Shown: positions 1 to 12,315, numbered from the stretch's first letter. The stretch: 64,000 bases of DNA from an uncultured Nitrososphaeraceae archaeon (GCA_963825865.1 CAWGVG010000003.1:96001-160000), one strand, 5' to 3'. Made by a program: numbers and translations. The notes: generated by a model not told the origin, from the letters alone.

Positions 1-230
1 TTTTGGATGTATTGCAACAAGTCCATCATACAGCAGCATTTTGCAGTGTGCAATCATATCTTTATGCTATCTAGCGAAAGATACTGGAATTGCTGTCATA
101 TACTGCTCCCAATCAGTAAACACCTCTGACTTTTGGTATTTCTGTATTTGCTCTTTATAGTAGTACATGGCGCTCACCTATTTGGATCTTCGAGGACCTG
201 ATAAAGGATCGATATTGACAGTTTAAATTA
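1..230 (-). pseudogene. C-terminal fragment of Nitrososphaera-type terminase-large-subunit-like protein
   Basis: Minus strand reads SFIRSSKIQIGERH..YKEQIQKYQK..DWEQYMTAIPVSFAR*HKDMIAHCKMLLYDGLVAIHPK, which resembles the C-terminal region of this family; has a stop and a frameshift and runs off the window edge. Confidence 0.55.
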
Positions 231-1249
231 TATCATGAAAGCATGCCCTTCTTGATATGGATATAAATATATCAAACTTAGATATCGCAATTTTTCAAGT
301 CATCTTCGTGATACCTCTTAAGGCCCTCTGCTATCAAATAACCTTCTAACACATCCTTACTTATTTTGAATATTAAAGTAAATTTAGAAAAATAGGCTTT
401 AAAAAGAATCGTCATTAGCCGTGTTATCCCTTTGTCAATACGATATGGTACAATAGAAGTATAGCTTAGGGTATCGACCCCGTCTTACGCAATTTCTAAC
501 AAAGTGAGTAGGTATTTGTCAAATGCAAAAGTACTCCTAAGATACGCACTTCTGTCTGTAACTGAATCAGCAAGAAATAACCCAGAAAGATATAGATTCA
601 CAAGAAAACCCATCACAGGATGATGCTGAAGATGTTCTACTATCTTACTATCGACGATACGGTCTATGTGAACCTCCAACAACACAGTACAACGAATCAA
701 AGATTATACAACAAAAGAAGAAGAAGTAGATGAAATTAGTCTCAAGCATCTTAGGCAAATATGGCCGTATTCACATATCAAACATCTACATAATAGGTAT
801 GGTCGTAGGATTAGCTCTTGTTAACAGTCTATTTGTAATTCCGCTGCATGAACACTGTAGATTAGTCCAGACACTAATTTTTCACAAAATTGAAGATTAT
901 ATCAATAATACGAATATCTTATGGGCAGGCCAGCATCAAACATTCTACTGAAAGCAGATCCAAAAGGACCCTTATATAAAATCCAGAGTAACGCCGTTAC
1001 TCGTAAGAGCTGGAATTAATGCCTTCTGCAAAGTGTCTACGTGAACGATAAAGACAGGGTTCAGTACCATGACTTATTATTATCTACCTCAAATACCCGT
1101 AAACTCCGACGTCTTAGCTCCCATTTATCGGATATACAGGATTTCTTTTACGATACCCCAAATGAACCATACAAACCATTACTACCGACAATCCCCATGT
1201 TATCCCATCATAGGGACAAAGGAAGAATACAACAACAATACTTACTAAT

Positions 1250-1367
1250 TTGCAATTGCTTAATAATTAAGAAGAAGTTGGCTGAAGAATACGGCTTAGA
1301 TTTACCATCCAGTGTTGTCCTCGAACGAAGGGGCGAAGGAATACTCATCAGGAAACTCGAAATCTAA
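1250..1367 (+). pseudogene. AbrB/MazE-like DNA-binding protein remnant
   Basis: CLIIKKKLAEEYGLDLPSSVVLERRGEGILIRKLEI fits the AbrB swapped-hairpin pattern; the upstream part of ORF 1041..1367 looks spurious. Confidence 0.55.
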
Positions 1368-1507
1368 TGACATGCCTGATCACAGTGACAGGTATTGTGG
1401 TACTGAAAGTAACTAGTAGCAGGTGAAAACAAAGAGGGAGCAGAGTAGTAGCAGGTAATAGGCAGCTTTTGTTTTTATTTTTATATCGTATTTATTAAAC
1501 AAGTTAG

Positions 1508-1810
1508 ATGATCTTAACAACACAGCAAAGGGAAAGACTTGTTTTAGACCTTTACAATCAATGTAAAAACACACGCGGGATAGCTGAAGAAGACAGAATG
1601 TCATTTAGTGCTATAGGCGCTATTCTGAAAAAAGCAGATAAAGAAAAGGAGGCACAGGCAGAGCAAGAACGAAAGCTATCTCTAGCCTCCCAGACTTACA
1701 AATTATTTTCAGAAGGTAAAACTTCACTACGAGTGGCCATTGCATTAAACCTAAGAAACGCGCGAGTAACTGAATTATACAAGACGAACACCTTCATTTA
1801 TTCAAATTAG
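1508..1810 (+). CDS. HTH-domain protein typical of Nitrososphaera integrated elements, probably truncated
   Basis: RERLVLDLYNQCKNTRGIAEEDRMSFSAIGAILKK HTH, plus a second HTH-like segment (YKLFSEGKTSLRVAIALNL). Confidence 0.6.
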   Translation: MILTTQQRERLVLDLYNQCKNTRGIAEEDRMSFSAIGAILKKADKEKEAQAEQERKLSLASQTYKLFSEGKTSLRVAIALNLRNARVTELYKTNTFIYSN

Positions 1811-1836
1811 AAAAAAGAAAGAGGAGGTAGTAATTT

Positions 1837-4690
1837 ATGTTCGAAAACAAGAATCATGATAATCCAACTATAAAAGTAGTAGCAGATCAAGAAATAGAAA
1901 TAGGGGGGTCAAAGTCCAAACAATCTAGACCGCCAACTTTACCCCCCTCTTCGGCAGATAGTCAAGAAGATACTACAGCAGTAGTATTCTCAAGTCAGAG
2001 AAGCCAGTTTGCAGATTACACAACTTGGAAAGGCATCGAGAATAAGACCGGTATTGAGCGTGAACATGCCTATGATTTTGTTCTGAAGGAACTACTAGAC
2101 AACGCTGTGGACTATTTAGAAACTCAACATAACACAGTGCTGCTACTACTGCTGCTAACATACCACCACTAGAAATTCATATCACCATCAAGAAAACTAG
2201 ACCCGCATGAGAAGTTAATTCGTATAGTGGTCAGTAATTCCAACTATGATACTACTACTAGCAGAGTAGTAGTATAGCAAAGCCACGTTTTCCAAACAGA
2301 CGCTAAAATCTATCTTCGATTTTGATAGATACCATAGCAGTAAACGCAATCAGTTCAAAATAACAAAAGGTGCATTAGGCGATGCTTTGAAGGAAGTCCT
2401 GTGCATTCCTCACGTTCTAGCACATGACAATGAAATAAACAACTGGGATTATCCATTAAAGATATATTCAGCACAAAAAGTATTCCAGATTCACCTTGCT
2501 ATAGACAGAATCAATCAACTCATTCATTCACGAATACATGATGAAGTCGATGATGACGTAGAGGTTACATACTACGATAATACGAAAATAGAAGTCACTC
2601 TGCCGATAGTTATTGTTGAAGGCCAAAATAAAGACTATCTGATAACCGGACTATCAAACTATCTATGTAATTACGCAATCTTTGCAACCCACATAGGATT
2701 TTCATTTGAGGATGAAAGTGATAAAGAGAAAGGAGTCTTTATAGAATTCCCACAACTCCAGACGATCAATCCAAAATGGAAGAATCAAAGCAGCATTCAT
2801 TATTACAAGCGAAAGCAGTTCCATGATTTTATTTTAGGACTGGAAAATAATGACTCGATAATCTATAGCGTATTATATAAAACATTCAGAGAAGCAAGCA
2901 ACATGCGTAAAACCGAACTTACACAGATGACTGTTAGCCAGCTAAAACACTCTCCTGACTCACATAGATAGATTATATGATGAATTGCGAAACAGCATGA
3001 GTGCACCTACTGCTCTAACATTACCATTTGATATCACTAAGAAAGATGTTAGAGCACAGGCGTTAAAGCAAAGAGTTGAGCAGACACTATGGACATTTTC
3101 CAGAAATGAAATACAGATCAGCAACTGGCACTTATGTAGAAAGCGGTGGTGATCAATCTCAATTCCCCTTCTTCTTTGAAATTGCAATATTTCATGACGT
3201 ACAATATCTGCGTGGTAATCTGGCATTCAAACAGGCCTTAAATTGTTCAGCTATACCAAATACTGGCTGGACTGTGTTTGGTGGAGATGAATTGTTTGAA
3301 TGGGTTACTCCAGGCAGCAAATATATACATACATCAAACACAATTCAAGATATTTTTCGACATTACGGCTACTCATATGATAATAAAAAATGCAAAAAGC
3401 CACACAGTCTGATAATTGCAAACCTGATATCTCCAAAGATAGATTATCAAAGTTACGGGAAATCCAGAATAAATTTCAGGCCATTTGCTGATGTTGTAGC
3501 GAAAACTACTGTATTAGCTTGTATGGGCGGTGGAGCGTGCTTCAGATGGTAAACCAAAGAAAAAAGATGTTTTATTGGAAGTCTTGGAAAAAAGAAAACA
3601 GAAATGGGAATCAATGGATGCTGCTATCAAGATTAAAACATTGGTGGACTCAATCCGATGTATTCTATGCAACCCGTAAGATGCTAATAATAGAGTATCA
3701 TTACGCAAATGAAGAGATTGACAGGGATTACATAACCGGATTAATTAAAGAAATGTGTGAAGATAAATTAGGTGTAAAGCGTGAAGACATTGGAATTTTA
3801 GCTGCTGACAGAGCACAGCTATACTTTAAAGGTAAATGGATGGATGTCGGTCTCAAAGAGATTGAAGAGCAAAGTCTCTATGGTATAGACATGCTAATTA
3901 TCGAAAAAGAAGGTATTGCAGAACAGTTAGCAATATTTCCAGATCAGAAAGGAATTGCATTACTTAATACAAGAGGATTTTTGACAGAATATGCTGAAGT
4001 TCTATCTAAGAAATCCGAGAAAGAGGGATGCAACATTGCTATCTTAACTGATTTTGATGTTTCAGGTTTGATTTTGGCAACTAAAGTCCCTGGAGCTTAT
4101 AGAATAGGAATTGACTTTGAAACATTAGATAACCTTGGACTGGATATCGAAGATGTAGAGGAGGAATACAAGCCTAAGGAAATCATTTAAAACCATTACA
4201 AGAAGGCGGAGAACTTGCTGATGTGTATCCACAAGATTGGGTGGATTATGTTGAGAATAGACGTGTAGAGATTAATAGCGTCGTAACTGAACTAGATGAT
4301 AATGCTAAATTCTGGGAATGGATTGTTCAAAAACTACGAGACCGATTTGATACACGAAATTACAACCGTGCAGTTGATATTCCTGAATATATGATGCCTA
4401 AATGTCTTGAATCTCTTAACGAAAAGATTAGAGAAGATAGGATAGTCGCAATACTGAAAGAACAGCGTTTGAAAAATTACAGGACCGTCTCTCTGATATT
4501 GGCCCTGGATTTCTATTTGACCGAACTGATAAGGTATTATTGAATAAAGGCGAGAGATGACATTATGACAATCAGTAAATACGAGCAAACGCTGGCTGAT
4601 CAGTCACGACATATTATTGAATCCGATAAGACCATGAAACCAATCTTGGATAAAATTGAAGATTTGGATAGACTACATGTAGGACAGCTT
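1837..4690 (+). CDS. Type IIB topoisomerase-like B-A fusion (GHKL ATPase + 5Y-CAP/TOPRIM), broken into several ORFs by indels
   Basis: GHKL motifs KELLDNAVD and SSKRNQFKITKGALGDALK; putative catalytic Tyr in TQSDVFYATR; TOPRIM IIEKEG and LTDFDVSG, then RIGID and RRVEINSV. ORFs 1837, 2387, 3076, 3519, 4223 and 4565 abut in shifting frames. Confidence 0.7.
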
Positions 4691-5244
4691 AGGTCTCTTG
4701 TAATGCTGTGCATTAGGCATAGCTGCTCGACTGATCAGCATTTAGCTCTTTGGCTATCTCGTAGCCTTTCACTAAAGTACCTCCTCATAGCATGCATATT
4801 TTCAGATATTATTGTATATACTCAATCGTTTCAATCCTATCCTAAACAAAAGAAGGCTATCATATGAAGAAATGATTGGAATAGGAGTAGTAGCTTCGAA
4901 ATGGGAGGAAAGGTCGTACTCACTCCATAGTGAGGATGAAATACAATATAAGCTGAGTGTCCCTCTGTTTATCGAAGAAATTAGTAATATATTTTATAAT
5001 CTCTTATTTCTGGTAATGTATAGCCTTCTCTAGCGAGAAGTATAATTTTAGCTCTACTTTGTGTCAGGATTATTATCTAGAAGTTCGTACAACTCTCTCT
5101 TTCTTTTCCTCCGATATCCTTCTGACAGGTGTATATCTCACACAACTGACTAGACTCTAGCAAGCTAACGCTATAACGATAAGATAGAATTTGTCAAAAA
5201 GGCAAGTACTAGTTTACCTTAATTGTCAATTGACTAACTTACAA

Positions 5245-5365
5245 TGCTGTTTCATTCATGTATTTTTTGATATTGGCCTGGCTTATTTGCAATATCCTGG
5301 ATATCTCTGAGTGATTATGATCTTTGACTTGCTATCTCTAATACCTTACTTCTACTACATTCCAG
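5245..5365 (-). pseudogene. N-terminal HTH fragment of the small protein that usually accompanies the terminase-like gene
   Basis: Minus strand reads ECSRSKVLEIASQ(fs)DHNHSEISRILQISQANIKKYMNE. Confidence 0.45.
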
Positions 5366-5507
5366 AGTATTATTATTCACACGTGATGACAGAACTATAT
5401 ATGTCAGTCGTAGTACAAACGACTTACATACACACATACATATGACAATTTTTATTTGTCTGGGAATGTAGTATTATCATCACCAGTATATAATATGTCT
5501 AAAAACC

Positions 5508-5775
5508 AATTTTCGATTACCAGGAATTATTGTATGAGGCTCTGCTTACATCAGACTTTTGCAATCCGCTGAACCATGATTTCAAAGACAAGCACCTGTG
5601 GATAAAGAAGGCAACAGGATTAGGGGTAACAGAGTTCTTTCTCAGGTTCATGGCATGGCTTTGCTTGAGAAATAATGATTATAGAAATTGACAGATGTGC
5701 ATTGTAACGGGTCCTAACATAGACATTGCCATCAAGCTAATCAAGAGAATGAAGTGATTATTTGAGCGAACTTGA
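5508..5775 (+). pseudogene. N-terminal ATPase fragment of terminase-large-subunit-like protein
   Basis: PIFDYQELLYEALL..HDFKDKHLWIKKATGLGVTEFFLRFMAWLCLRNNDYRN*QMCIVTGPNIDIAIKLIKRMK*LFE: variant Walker A, two stops; absent from the ORF track. Confidence 0.65.
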
Positions 5776-5932
5776 TAAAACAAAGACAGAAGCATAATAC
5801 TATTTCAAACAACAATATCTATCTACTTAATCTTTATAGTAGTAAGAATTACTATTAATTTAAGAGAAACTAAGTATAGAAACAATGTTAGAAATGCAAA
5901 TATACTAACAATAATTACTAAGATATCTATAT

Positions 5933-6139
5933 ATGGAATATATAAAAAAAGGAATGAAGCTTGGGATAGCTGCCATCATAATATCCGTTTGTTTATTGTT
6001 ATTAATAGGCAGTTTTATTATAAATACAAAGATGCAAGCGTTAGCACAGCTACCAGACCATTTATACACACCACATACAGGAATTGTACATCAGATTCCA
6101 GGGAGAGTGACTCTTATTCCAGTATCGCCAAATAAGTAG
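5933..6139 (+). CDS. small secreted/membrane hypothetical protein, possibly a fragment
   Basis: N-terminal hydrophobic segment followed by an ALAQ cleavage-like motif. Confidence 0.4.
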   Translation: MEYIKKGMKLGIAAIIISVCLLLLIGSFIINTKMQALAQLPDHLYTPHTGIVHQIPGRVTLIPVSPNK

Positions 6140-6230
6140 AGTCTTCTTCTATGTCTTCAGAACTGAATAAACGAGAATAAAAATCAGGCATCCTCTTCAA
6201 ATACTAAAGAGCACATCAATTTAATGCATT

Positions 6231-6530
6231 ATGGCAACGATAATAGCTTTTGTATTGTCTGTTGTTTTAGTATCATTTTTAGTTGCTGGTTGCTTTGAAA
6301 ATACTGCAAAGATACAACAAGCGAAGGCACAGGATTACAATAATAATGGCACATTGAATGTAGGTTCTCCTCAGAAAATGACTATTTCAGGACTGTCTAA
6401 GCCTCCTGTGCTATCACCCGAAAAGAAGCAAGCGTTAGAACAAGATCAAGCAAAAACTCATCATAGTCCTCAATTGCCATCCTCAGATCAAGCTATTCTT
6501 GGCCCAATACTTGGAACACAGGCACACTAA
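6231..6530 (+). pseudogene. truncated secreted protein; paralogue of 21975-22420
   Basis: Signal peptide-like start; nucleotide similarity to the inverted copy near 22 kb. Confidence 0.5.
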
Positions 6531-7112
6531 AAAGTTTCCTAGTCTTTTTTCATAGGAATAAGGAATAAGTCCATGTGTCATACGTCACCTAGTGATTTTT
6601 CAACTTAATTTAGTTGAAGATATAAGACACCAGATTCAGGTTTTCATTGACACTTATAATATAATAGATAAGTTAAAGGCATTATATTTTAAACCTAACC
6701 TAATGAGATTGACCGACCCATGATCTCTGGTAGTTTTTTAGAAAAACTAAAAGCAAGAGTTCCAGATGTGGAAATGCGGCGATACAAGGATTCTGGCATG
6801 AAGGAAAATGTATGTTGAGTTTCAACTTCTAAAGTCTGTCGCATACAAAAACTACAAAAGGAATTGGAAGAAAAAGCAAGATACTAACGGTAAATGAAAA
6901 AATATTACTAATAGAAACAGAATAATGTGACTCTCCTTCTGCTGATACTGTTGCTGGTAACCTTATAAAGATCATCTATTAGCGAACGTCTTAACCAGGG
7001 CGCCCATATATTAAAGGTATAGGAGTTGAAATCAACCCAAAAAATTTCCTGAGTAAATGCGATAAACCGTTTATATGTGAGAATGCTCAATTTTTTGTGA
7101 GAAAACATTCTA

Positions 7113-7928
7113 ATGGAAAGGATTGTGCTGGACAGCGATATCAGATATATTGATGGAAATGGGAATTTGTTACGTAGTAGAACGGAATTCTCTGTTTCAA
7201 AGATCTTACAATTTATGGAACGAAGCTATGAATATAATACGAAAGTGAACTTTGACGATAAGACTTTTACCACAATCGATTTCAAAACTGGTGACAGATA
7301 TATTGAAGTTATCGATTCCGAGGCTGACGCTGACAAATTGAAACTGATACGAAAGAATCTACCCGAGATTAATATTATTGGTGTTGGTCACTCAAAGTAT
7401 GCGGGTAAAGTGAATGAACTAGACTCATTCTTTTTCTTAAATTCTGATGACGAAAATCAAACTGCCTCTATATTTATAGAAGATCAGTCGCTTGCTTTTG
7501 ATTATGCACATATTTTACCCTTGGTGGAAAAATGTTCTATTCTGCATGGACATACTTCTACTGTTATGGTTGAAATAATAGGTAATCTGAACAATAACAA
7601 TCTTGTCATCGATTTTGGCCATGCCAAGAGGATAATTAAAGAAGCATTAAATATCATTGACCATAAATTCTTTATTAGCAAAAAGTATTTACAGAAAGAA
7701 GATGATTTTCATTATCATATATCATTTGAAGGACCAAAGGGTTATTTCAGTCTGCAATTGCCAAAATTGACAACTTTTCTCCTCTCAGGAGAAGCTACCG
7801 TAGAAAATCTTTCAACAGAAATAATCAAGTTGCTTGCGCCGAAAATGCCACCAAATGTAGAAGCATTAGGTGTGTATGTTTACGAAGGCGTCAACAAAGG
7901 AGCGCACATAATAGCCGAAATAAAATAA
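7113..7928 (+). CDS. queD: 6-carboxytetrahydropterin synthase (QueD/PTPS family) with extra N-terminal domain
   Basis: FDYAHIL..CSILHGHT, IDFG..K, DHKFF and ATVENL motifs; adjacent to queC. Confidence 0.85.
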   Translation: MERIVLDSDIRYIDGNGNLLRSRTEFSVSKILQFMERSYEYNTKVNFDDKTFTTIDFKTGDRYIEVIDSEADADKLKLIRKNLPEINIIGVGHSKYAGKVNELDSFFFLNSDDENQTASIFIEDQSLAFDYAHILPLVEKCSILHGHTSTVMVEIIGNLNNNNLVIDFGHAKRIIKEALNIIDHKFFISKKYLQKEDDFHYHISFEGPKGYFSLQLPKLTTFLLSGEATVENLSTEIIKLLAPKMPPNVEALGVYVYEGVNKGAHIIAEIK

Positions 7929-7937
7929 GATTGAGTA

Positions 7938-8594
7938 ATGAAAGGATCAAAGGCACTTGTAATGCTGTCTGGAGGGTTAGACTCTGCAACTTGTCTTTTC
8001 TGGGCGAAGAAGAAATTTCAAGACGTTTCTGCCATTACTTTCAATTATTACCAAAGAATTGAAAACGAAAGGAAGGCTACTATAAAATTATCGAATAAAG
8101 TCAATGTCACGAATTTATTAGAGATTGATATTCCTTTTATCAAAGAATCTTCGGAATTTCCTGACGGCCGTCATCTCCAATCGATTCGTGATACCAGAGA
8201 ATCATCATATATTCCTGCAAGGAATCTAATATTTTATTCTATAGGAGCATATTATGCAGAATTTCTTGGTATTAAATGGATCATAGGCGGACATAATAGC
8301 CATGATGGGAAATTTTACAAAGATGCAACAAAAAACTACATACAAAAGATAAATTTCCTATTCAAGCAAGGCCGTATATGTTGCAATGATGAACCATGTG
8401 TAATCGTTCTCCCATTGGTTGAAATGGATAGAAAAAAAATAATCAACCTCGCAATTGAATTAAATGTGCCCCTAGAATTGACCTGGAGTTGCCATAATAA
8501 AGGCCAAAAACATTGTGGACAATGTTACTCGTGCGAACAGAGACTTGAAGCCTTCAATTCATTATGTATAAAGGACCCAGTTTTTTTTACATAG
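7938..8594 (+). CDS. queC: 7-cyano-7-deazaguanine synthase
   Basis: SGGLDS PP-loop, YIPARNLIF, TWSC..HCGQCYSC zinc site. Confidence 0.95.
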   Translation: MKGSKALVMLSGGLDSATCLFWAKKKFQDVSAITFNYYQRIENERKATIKLSNKVNVTNLLEIDIPFIKESSEFPDGRHLQSIRDTRESSYIPARNLIFYSIGAYYAEFLGIKWIIGGHNSHDGKFYKDATKNYIQKINFLFKQGRICCNDEPCVIVLPLVEMDRKKIINLAIELNVPLELTWSCHNKGQKHCGQCYSCEQRLEAFNSLCIKDPVFFT

Positions 8595-8879
8595 CGTACA
8601 TTCAATGCTGCAAGTAGGTGTGGTGGTTTATTTATATAGCTATTGTTTAAATTCGTATCTGTCGAGTGATTTAACAGAGGACTACCCACCTATCAACTAT
8701 ACTTGCACTCCGAAGTATAGCGCAAGGAGATTTTTAGTATTCTACCTGATGTAGATAAAGCAAATCTATTCTTATTCTTTTTTGACAATATCAAAAGAAA
8801 TTATTTAGAAATATTCATCCCGACAAAATTATTCTGACAACTGAATAAAACAACAATAAATTATAACTTAATAGTTTTT

Positions 8880-9155
8880 TTATGATTTAATTATTTTACT
8901 GTCACTGGGAGAATGAAGGAGGGAAATGTATAGTCTATCGTAAAGTCTAGACAGTATTTTTTGCAAAAATATAAAAGTAATGATAGATGGCGCTATCAGA
9001 GCAATCCACATCGAATTCGAGGCATATTCTTTAAACATTTCAGAAGCAAAAAGTAACATTGTCAGGAAAATAGAAATACCCATGCTAAACAAGAAGAACG
9101 ATGCTGCTAATATCAATATCAGAACGTGCAACAACATCAATAATCGATTAGCCAT
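8880..9155 (-). CDS. small two-TM membrane protein
   Basis: Two hydrophobic helices; divergent from valS. Confidence 0.5.
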   Translation of the reverse strand: MANRLLMLLHVLILILAASFFLFSMGISIFLTMLLFASEMFKEYASNSMWIALIAPSIITFIFLQKILSRLYDRLYISLLHSPSDSKIIKS

Positions 9156-9220
9156 TTACAGAATAGTGTAATCATACTAACGTTAATAACCGTATATGTG
9201 CGCAATTAACTAAAATACAA

Positions 9221-11571
9221 ATGGACCCGAAAATTGAGGCAAATCATGGAATCCTATGTTGAGAGACCCTAAAAAGTGGGAAGCGAAGATATTTACGAAT
9301 TTTCAACAATACAGAAACGTGCTTTTGTGATTGATTCGCCACCACCCTACCCCTCTGGGCGACCTTGGCATATTGGGGCTGGGCTCACTACGCACAAATA
9401 GACATGATCGCTCGGTTTGCAAGAATGCAGGATATAATGTTATTTTTCCTATAGGCATAGATAGAAATGGTTTGCCAGTCGAAATTTATACAGAAAAGAA
9501 ACATAAAATCCGAATGCGACAGATGAAGAGGGAAGCGTTCCTTGATCTCTGCAGAGTTGCTCTAGATGACCTGGAAACTGAAATGATTCAGATAATGAAA
9601 AATATGGGTTTGAGTTGCAACTTCAAACAATATTACCGTACCGATTCTGATGAATTTCGGGCTTTAACTCAGAACACATTTATTGATTTATGGAAACGTG
9701 ATCTTGTATACCTGGCAAATAGACCAAACAACTATTGTTCTGACTGCGGTACAACGATTGCTGATGCAGAAATCATCTATGAGGACTTACCTACAAAGCT
9801 TGTTTACATGAATTTTAAGGTAAGGAAACTGATGAGAAAATTGTAATTGCGTCTACCAGGCCTGAGTTATTGTTTGCGTGTCAGTGTATAATTGTAAATC
9901 CCAAAGACGGGCGCTACCTACGATACAAGGAAAACATGTCAGATTCCTATATTCGGAAGGGAGGTGAAGATTTTACCGCATCATTCAGCAAAACCAGAAT
10001 TTGGTTCGGGTGTAGTGATGGTATGCAGTTACGGCGATCAAAATGATGTCCAGCTATTTCGAGAACTAGGTTTGAAAGAAATTGTCGCCATCAATGAGAA
10101 TGGAATTACTACTCCAGCAGCTGGTACCATATTCTAATCTAACGCTAAAAGAAGCAAGGGCTAAAATAATTGAGGATTTGAATACTGCTGGCCTTATCGA
10201 TAGAGTTGAAGATATTGTGCACAGGACTCCATTATGCGAACGGAGTAAAACCCCCATTGAAATTATACCAATGGAAGATTACTATCTAAAACAACTTAAG
10301 TACATTCCAAAATTAAAAGAACTCGCAAGAAAATTACATTCTATCCTCCAATGCATAAACAGATTTTAATTAATTGGCTAAATTCTGTATCAATTGATTG
10401 GCCGATATCAAGACGACGCTTTTACGGCACAGAAATTCCAATCTGGTATTGTAATAACTGTCAAACCCCAAACCTTCCAGAATCAACCATCAGACAAATA
10501 CTATAGGCCATGGAAGGAAAAACCCCCATTTGAAAAATGCATGCAATGCGTCTGTACCGAATTCACAGGTGAGGATAGAATTTTTGACACTTGGATGGAT
10601 TCGAGTATTACCCCACTCTTCATTTCAAAATACAAACGAGGATCAGAAATTATACAACCATCTGTACCCTACAAAAATACGACCCCAGGCCAAAGATATC
10701 ATTAGAACTTGGCTCTACTATAGAATGCTACGTTGTTTCCAGCTGACTGATAAAGTGCCATGGTCAAGTGCGTGGATTATGGGATATGGCGTAGATGAGA
10801 AGGGCGAAAAGATGAGCAAAAGTAAAGGAAATGTTATTGATCCTTTTCCAATCATACATCATTATGGTGCAGATGCTTTCCGATTCTGGTCTGCAAGCGA
10901 AGGTAGTTTGGGCATGATTTCCGGTGTTCCGAGCAGAGAATCGCCGGTTCACAGAAATTCTTATCAAAATTGTGGAATATTGGTAGGTTTATTTCATCGT
11001 TTGATATTATAGCAGAGACTCCTGCGCAACTTTTTGCAACAGACGAGTGGATTATCTCAGAACTGTCAATACTGATAGAGGATTGTAAAAAGGGCTATAA
11101 TGATTTCAATTTTTTTGTACCATCAAATGCAATTAGAGAGTTTACTCGGAATCTATTTGCATCACATTATATAGAGATGGTAAAAGGTCGTGTGTAGGTT
11201 CAACAGATGAATCTGGACATAAGTCAGCCATATTTACCTTGCACAAATGTCTATCCACAATTTTATTATTACTTGCGCCAATTTGTCCCTTTATTACAGA
11301 AGAATTGTGGACAACAATTTATTCTGCCAAGAGTATCCATTTACAGCACGTACCTCAATCACAAATGAACTATAATGAGTCTACAAAACATACTAAACAG
11401 ATTATGGATTTCAACTCGATTGTGTGGAACAAGAAAAAAGAGACTATTTCAAAGGGAACTGGAAAAGCACTTTCTCTGAAAGACTCTATAGATATCGCTG
11501 TTCCTGCTGATTTGGAGCCATTTAAAGAAGATCTTCAGATTATGCATAATTTGAAAAGTGAAAGTAGATGA
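9221..11571 (+). CDS. valS: valine--tRNA ligase, with multiple apparent sequencing frameshifts
   Basis: PPPYPSGRPWHIG (HIGH variant), STRPELL, EFGSGVVMVCSYGD, DWPISRRR, FDTWMDS and KMSKS found across shifting frames. Confidence 0.92.
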
Positions 11572-11730
11572 ATGTACAATTTTTTATGAACATTCTTCAT
11601 TCGATCTTTTTGAAGTGTAAAGAGTTTCGTGATCAAATTGTCGTTAATAAATCTGACAACATTAATGAGTTTTATTCCTGAAACAACCTGAAACAAACAA
11701 CAAAAAAACATCACACTTGGTATAATATGA

Positions 11731-12120
11731 TCATTGAGTCAAGTTTGCTCTATTTAAGAGTTCCAGCGTATCCTCAGCGATATCTATTGCGGTGTGTGAA
11801 TCAACATTCGGTTCCAAAGTAACTAAAAATATTTTTTTATGCAGGTAATACGTAATTATAGAAATCTTTTCACGCTCTACATATGCAAACCTTGCTTTAC
11901 CCATACTGTCATCAAATCTTTGCCTCATTGATTTTCGAAGAGCCGTTTGAGCTAAATATAATTCCTCGTTGGTCTGATCTACAACTGAATCAATGCCGTT
12001 ACGCATGCCTCCAGCAATTAGTAATCCTGTATCATCTATGACTCCTGCATAACGTATATCATCGTGTAAAGCAAAGATTGCTTCACATAGTTTTTCGTAA
12101 TCCACAATATAAGTAAGCAA
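11731..12120 (-). CDS. thaumarchaeal roadblock/profilin-like protein (DUF6659-like)
   Basis: IRYAGVIDDTGLLIAGGMRNG...YVEREK pattern. Confidence 0.7.
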   Translation of the reverse strand: MLTYIVDYEKLCEAIFALHDDIRYAGVIDDTGLLIAGGMRNGIDSVVDQTNEELYLAQTALRKSMRQRFDDSMGKARFAYVEREKISIITYYLHKKIFLVTLEPNVDSHTAIDIAEDTLELLNRANLTQ

Positions 12121-12315
12121 AATCTATCTATTGAATGTTGAGTCAATGTTTGCTTATTATAGATTATAACTTGTTAATTCTTTTTTCATCCAACATATTA
12201 AAGTTAGAAATTGACTCTAAGGTATGTGGGAGAGGGAGATAAAAGTAAATGTTATTTGAAATAAGTAAAGTGAGAATAAATGATTATTGTAAGAGGAGAG
12301 GTGTATGTAGGAAGA

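Noticed and set aside
9221-11571. valS apparently pseudogenised, including a TAG at 11195
   Set aside because: Essential gene; breaks are short indels and the TAG arises from a deleted base in TAT GGT. The same error type affects pfkB, psmB and carB, so sequencing error is the likely cause
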